Assembly: GCA_035529175.1 (NCBI GenBank)
Contig: DATKXG010000262.1
Coordinates: forward strand, 1-46,259
Source: Ilumatobacteraceae bacterium
GTDB lineage: Bacteria; Actinomycetota; Acidimicrobiia; Acidimicrobiales; Ilumatobacteraceae
Direction: 5' to 3'
DNA: 46,259 nucleotides
This document shows, in pieces, positions 42,358 to 46,259 of this stretch (the first letter of the stretch is position 1; every line of letters begins with the position of its first letter). The notes beneath the pieces are model-generated. The model had not been told where the DNA came from. It ran no database searches and saw only the letters and a program-made list of their open reading frames with translations. Position numbers and translations under genes: made by a program.

Positions 42358-43271
42358 TGCGGGACCACGAACACCGGACCATCCTCAGCCGAGACGATTG
42401 GTGACTGATAGGTCTGCGCCGCGACGGGGACGCGGTTGGCGACGAGACGCTGTAGGTCGTCGCGCATGTTCCACTTGTCGTTCTTGGTGCCGAGCTCGAG
42501 GGTCACCTTCGCTCCCTGCTCCGGCGTCAGGAACGCTGTGTCGAAGGTGTCGTAGAAGCTCCACCAGTTCGAGACCACCCGATTGCTCCCGTAGGGGTTC
42601 ACGCCGTACTCGATGATCGGTGAGGCATTGGCGGCGAACGTGTCGATGCCCGAGAGGTCGGCGTCGATCTCGAAGATCAGGGAGCCCTGCTTGTTGAGGT
42701 CGGCCATCGGATACTCCTTCGCGAGCTCCTCTGGCGGGGGCACGATGTCGTAGATGCCGTACTTCCAGGTGGTCACTTCCGGGTTGTTGGGAGCCGGGAC
42801 GGTGTAGTCGAAGAACGCGACGAACTTCGGTTCACCGAAGAAACCGCGACCGGCCGCGACGGCCTGCGGGCTGGAGCACGGAACGTGCAGGCGATACCCG
42901 CCGATGCTCTTGGTCTGGTCGTCACCACGTAGGTAGTCCTGCCAGGACATGAGCGGGACCGTGCCGTCGCGCGCCTCGGGATAGGCGTACACGTTGAACT
43001 CGACCTCCTCGACATGCTCGAGGAAGCTGTCGCCGTGGCCGGTGTATCGCTGCAGGTCGAGCGACACCATCGCATAGTCGTCGCCACCGTCGGTGAAGCG
43101 TGCCGCGCGCAGCCCGGCACCTGGCGCTGTGTCGGGGAGCACCGAGGCGACCAGGTCGACCTCGACCAGGTAGTACAGCCAGAACGATTGCAGCGATGCG
43201 TAGAAGAACGGCATCGTGAACCCCTGGATCGGCCCCGGGAACAATGCTGACTGGTCGACCTGTCCGGACAT
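42354..43271 (-). CDS. Hypothetical protein, first gene of the operon (possible acetoacetate-decarboxylase-like beta-cone fold; weak)
   Basis: ATG 43271 is preceded by GAAGGGGGA. There are no TM helices or signal peptide. The segments FWLYYLVEVDLVASVLPD..., YAMVSLDLQRY and VEFNVYAYP resemble the strand pattern of ADC/DUF2071-type proteins. This is pattern recognition only. Confidence 0.55.
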   Translation of the reverse strand: MSGQVDQSALFPGPIQGFTMPFFYASLQSFWLYYLVEVDLVASVLPDTAPGAGLRAARFTDGGDDYAMVSLDLQRYTGHGDSFLEHVEEVEFNVYAYPEARDGTVPLMSWQDYLRGDDQTKSIGGYRLHVPCSSPQAVAAGRGFFGEPKFVAFFDYTVPAPNNPEVTTWKYGIYDIVPPPEELAKEYPMADLNKQGSLIFEIDADLSGIDTFAANASPIIEYGVNPYGSNRVVSNWWSFYDTFDTAFLTPEQGAKVTLELGTKNDKWNMRDDLQRLVANRVPVAAQTYQSPIVSAEDGPVFVVPQ

Positions 43272-43331
43272 GGGTCCCCCTTCCACGGACGACCCCGCGG
43301 TCGACCTCGCCGTGCACCGTAGCCGGTCTCG

Positions 43332-46259
43332 TCAGGCCCGCCGGACGAACTCCGATCGTGGCCGGGAACGGCTCGCCTCGATGCGCAATTCGAGCGCTCT
43401 CGCCCCTTGCGGGACCGCACACTGCCGGGCCCGTTCGAGCAGCTCGTCGACCCGTGACGGATCGCCGCCGTCCGCACGGAGCACTTCGGCCCGCAAGCGC
43501 AGGAGTTCGGGTTCCCAGAAGTGCTCGTCCATCGAGTCGACGAGGCGTAGGGCTCCGTCGAGGGTCACCCCTGCCGCGGCGAGATCGCCTCCGACAGCCT
43601 GTGCGTGGCCGGCCAGACCGACGAAGTACGTCTCGCCGAGACGGGAGCCCTGCGCCTGCCACCTCTCGATGCCCGCCCACAGGTCGTCGACGGACGCGAC
43701 GTCGCCGAGCATCGCCCGCCCCCAAGCCAGCAGGGCATCGGCCCAGCCGACCCAGAAGGTGAAGCCGTGCTCGGCCGACAACGTCCGGGCCTCCTCGGCT
43801 CTGGTGATGGTGGCGGGCACGTCGGACTCGAACTGGCAGAGCCAGCTGTCGAAGCACAGGGCAAGGCAGATGGTGAACGGGTGGCCGAGCCTCCTGGCGG
43901 CGTGAACGGCGTCGTCGCTCATCTGCCTGGCGGTCTTGGAGTCGCCCATGATCCAGTGCGTCCACGCCGCATAGGCGCGTGATGTGATGATCGGATCGAC
44001 CACGTCGGTCAGGCTGCCGAGGTACGCGCCTGGCCGGTCGGCATCCGGAAGCCCGAGCGCTCGTTGGAGATGGTCGAGGGTGAGCGCCTGGTCCTGGCCC
44101 GTGTAGAACAGCACGCTGCCGAGCGCCCGCTCCGCGCCCGCTGTCAGCTCCACCCGGTGCGGCGCTGCCCTCGCCATCTTGTCGAGCTGACGAGCGAGCG
44201 AGACGGCGCGTTCGTACCGGGCCTGAAGAAGACGGACCCGAAAGAGGCCGTACAGGGCCGGGTAGGCATGCGAGTCGTCGCCAGCAGTCGCGGAGAGCTC
44301 CTGCGCTCGGGCGTACATCGCCTCTGCTTCCGGTGATCCGTACCCTCGCGTGGCGGTGGTGGGCACGCCCAGCCGCACCAGCACATCGATCTCGTACCGG
44401 TCACGGTCGGGGCCGGGTGGAAGCCGGTCGATCAGCTCGCGGGCGTGGGAGAGATGGGTCAGCGCCTCGTCGTGTGCCGAGATGGCGATCGCACGGTCAC
44501 CCGCGCGGAACAGGTACGGCAGGGCTCGCTCGGCCTCGCCAGAGAGTTCGAGATGCCGCGCGGACACCTCTGGTTCCGCCAAGCTGCGTTCAACGAAGCG
44601 TGACTCGAGTGCATCGGCGACCCGCGCGTGGAGCTGGCGACGAGTCGAGCGCAGCATCGAGTCGTACGCGACCTCCTGTTGCAGAGCATGACGGAACGAG
44701 TAGACGGCGGTGGTCCCCGCGCCGCGCCGGACGATCATGCCGGACGCCAGGAGGCGTTCGATGCGTTGGACGAACTCGTTCGTGTCGAGGCCACTCACGG
44801 CCTGAAGGAGACCCGCCGGCGCCTCGCGACCGAAGATCGACAGGATCCGCAGGACGTCCGATTCCGGTCCGAGCCGGTCGATACGCGCCATGAGCGAGTC
44901 ACGGAGGGTGGCGGGCACGGATGGATCGGTGTCCGGCGGGCTCGCGAGGACGAGGTGGGTGAGTTCCTCGGCGAACAGCGGCACGCCCTCGGTTCGCGAC
45001 GAGATCTGGCTGGCCAGCGACTCGGCGATCGTGCTCGTCCCGGCGACGGCCGAGATGATCTGGCTCACCTCACTCTCGCTCAGGCGTTCGAGTTCGATCC
45101 GCTGGTGGTTGGACGCCGACGGGATGTCCGGGCGGTGGTCGGATCGATGGGTGACGATGGTCATGATGTCGGAACTCGGTTGGTCGACGATGAACCGCTC
45201 GACGAGTTCTGCTGTCGTGCTGTCGATCCACTGGATGTCGTCGATGACGACGACGACGGGCTGACGCTTCGCTCGGTCCTCGACGAGTCGGGCCACGATG
45301 TCGAGCGTGTGCTGGCGGACGTGATCCGACGACCCGTCGACGACGCGGTACGGCTCGACGAGGGGGAGACCGACCAGCTGCGCGATCACGGGCACGGCCA
45401 GGCTTCTCGGTGTGCCGTTCTCGTCGGCCAACTGTTCGGCCCCTTCGATCGTCAGCGCGCCGTGTTCGCCCAGCAGGTACCGGCGGAACTGCTCGGCGGC
45501 GCTGTGCAGGTGACTGGCCTGGTGCAACATCGAGCAACGGAATTCGATCTCGATCGCCCCTTCGGCGCGCAGGAGGCGGAGCAACTCGCGAACGAGCCGC
45601 GTCTTGCCGATCCCTGGCTCTCCCGACAACCAGACCACCTGCGGATCGCCCGCCCGTGTCCGCCGCCACGCAGCGATCAGCTGATCGAGTTGGGCACTAC
45701 GCCCGATCAGCGGGGTGAGGCGCTGCTGGGCGGCTGCCAGATCGAGTCGGTCGCTGGCACCCGTGTCAGCAACGGCGGTGAAGACCTCGACCGGCTCGCT
45801 GATGCCCTTGAGTGCGTGCAGGCCCATCGACTCGAAATCGATGAAGCCCACGCACTCCTCACGGGCACTCGCGCTGACCGCGATCGTGCCGGTGGCTGCG
45901 ATCCCCTGGATCCTCGCCGCCATGTTGGGAGTGTCGCCCACCACGTCGCGCAGCTGCCGGTTGTCACCGGCGCCCATGTCGGTGATCACGGTCTCGCCGG
46001 TGTGCACGCCGACCCGTACGGCCAGGCCGGGGAAGTCGGAGCGGAGTCCGTCGACGGCATCGATCAGCGCGAAGCCGGCTCGGATGGCACGCACGCTGGC
46101 GAGCGCATCGGCGACGGGGTATCCGAAGTAGGCGAGCACGCCGTCACCCATGAAGTGGCCGACGTAGCCTCTCTCGGCTTCGACTGCAGCGCTGACGGCT
46201 CGTTGGTACGCCTGGACGACGGTGGTGAACTCCTCGACGTCCAACGACTCCGACATCGA
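43332..46259 (-). CDS. Class III adenylate/guanylate cyclase domain fused to a STAND-type AAA ATPase and TPR/helical repeats; N-terminus truncated by the window edge
   Basis: The cyclase core has HFMGDGVLAYFG, RVGVHTGETV and VVGDTPNMAARIQG. Walker A is LSGEPGIGKTRLVRELL and Walker B is PVVVVIDDIQWID, followed by about 500 aa of TPR-like helices. No LuxR-type HTH is seen at the C-terminus. The frame stays open at 46259 (…S-MSESLDVEEF), so the first beta-strand/metal Asp lies outside the window. Confidence 0.88.
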   Translation of the reverse strand, partial: SMSESLDVEEFTTVVQAYQRAVSAAVEAERGYVGHFMGDGVLAYFGYPVADALASVRAIRAGFALIDAVDGLRSDFPGLAVRVGVHTGETVITDMGAGDNRQLRDVVGDTPNMAARIQGIAATGTIAVSASAREECVGFIDFESMGLHALKGISEPVEVFTAVADTGASDRLDLAAAQQRLTPLIGRSAQLDQLIAAWRRTRAGDPQVVWLSGEPGIGKTRLVRELLRLLRAEGAIEIEFRCSMLHQASHLHSAAEQFRRYLLGEHGALTIEGAEQLADENGTPRSLAVPVIAQLVGLPLVEPYRVVDGSSDHVRQHTLDIVARLVEDRAKRQPVVVVIDDIQWIDSTTAELVERFIVDQPSSDIMTIVTHRSDHRPDIPSASNHQRIELERLSESEVSQIISAVAGTSTIAESLASQISSRTEGVPLFAEELTHLVLASPPDTDPSVPATLRDSLMARIDRLGPESDVLRILSIFGREAPAGLLQAVSGLDTNEFVQRIERLLASGMIVRRGAGTTAVYSFRHALQQEVAYDSMLRSTRRQLHARVADALESRFVERSLAEPEVSARHLELSGEAERALPYLFRAGDRAIAISAHDEALTHLSHARELIDRLPPGPDRDRYEIDVLVRLGVPTTATRGYGSPEAEAMYARAQELSATAGDDSHAYPALYGLFRVRLLQARYERAVSLARQLDKMARAAPHRVELTAGAERALGSVLFYTGQDQALTLDHLQRALGLPDADRPGAYLGSLTDVVDPIITSRAYAAWTHWIMGDSKTARQMSDDAVHAARRLGHPFTICLALCFDSWLCQFESDVPATITRAEEARTLSAEHGFTFWVGWADALLAWGRAMLGDVASVDDLWAGIERWQAQGSRLGETYFVGLAGHAQAVGGDLAAAGVTLDGALRLVDSMDEHFWEPELLRLRAEVLRADGGDPSRVDELLERARQCAVPQGARALELRIEASRSRPRSEFVRRA

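Overview
This window is the chromosomal origin region of a high-GC Actinomycetota genome, with about 8 kb of less conserved genes at the right end. The core is the canonical block read on the minus strand: dnaA-dnaN-recF-DUF721(DciA-like)-gyrB-gyrA-(TadE-like)-DUF3566-tRNA-Ile. Diverging from dnaA on the plus strand is rpmH-rnpA-yidD-yidC-jag-rsmG-[2 parS]-parA-parB. DnaA-box clusters lie on both sides of dnaA; the dnaA-dnaN spacer is the oriC candidate. To the right is a block syntenic with the M. tuberculosis ori-proximal region: cwlM-like, trxA, trxB, anti-sigma/ECF sigma, a Ser/Thr kinase with a discoidin-like ectodomain, DegV, an Rv3909-like large exported protein, a GNAT and the CCA-adding enzyme. 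It is followed by a PAS-GGDEF-EAL protein, a methyltransferase, and DUF5318 and DUF192 proteins. The left end carries a truncated flavoprotein disulfide reductase start, a NUDIX hydrolase coupled to a molybdopterin oxidoreductase, an MgtE_N/CBS protein coupled to DUF1003, and a saccharopine-dehydrogenase-like gene. The most unusual content is at 38.3-46.3 kb. It is a five-gene operon in which every junction is a 4-nt start/stop overlap: an unknown ADC-like protein, an SLDH-type small subunit, a GMC flavoprotein, a ferritin-like di-iron protein and a nucleosidase-like protein. A class III cyclase-STAND ATPase-TPR protein lies directly upstream and is truncated by the window edge. Other points worth a second look: the cwlM-like gene has a peptidoglycan-binding repeat upstream of its first canonical start codon; two 46-bp hairpin repeats sit between convergent genes; there is an orphan TadE-like gene downstream of gyrA; and the kinase occupies the slot where mycobacteria carry MurJ(MviN). 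I saw no CRISPR array, IS element, rRNA or prophage signature. All functional calls come from reading motifs in the translated ORFs; no database search was possible.
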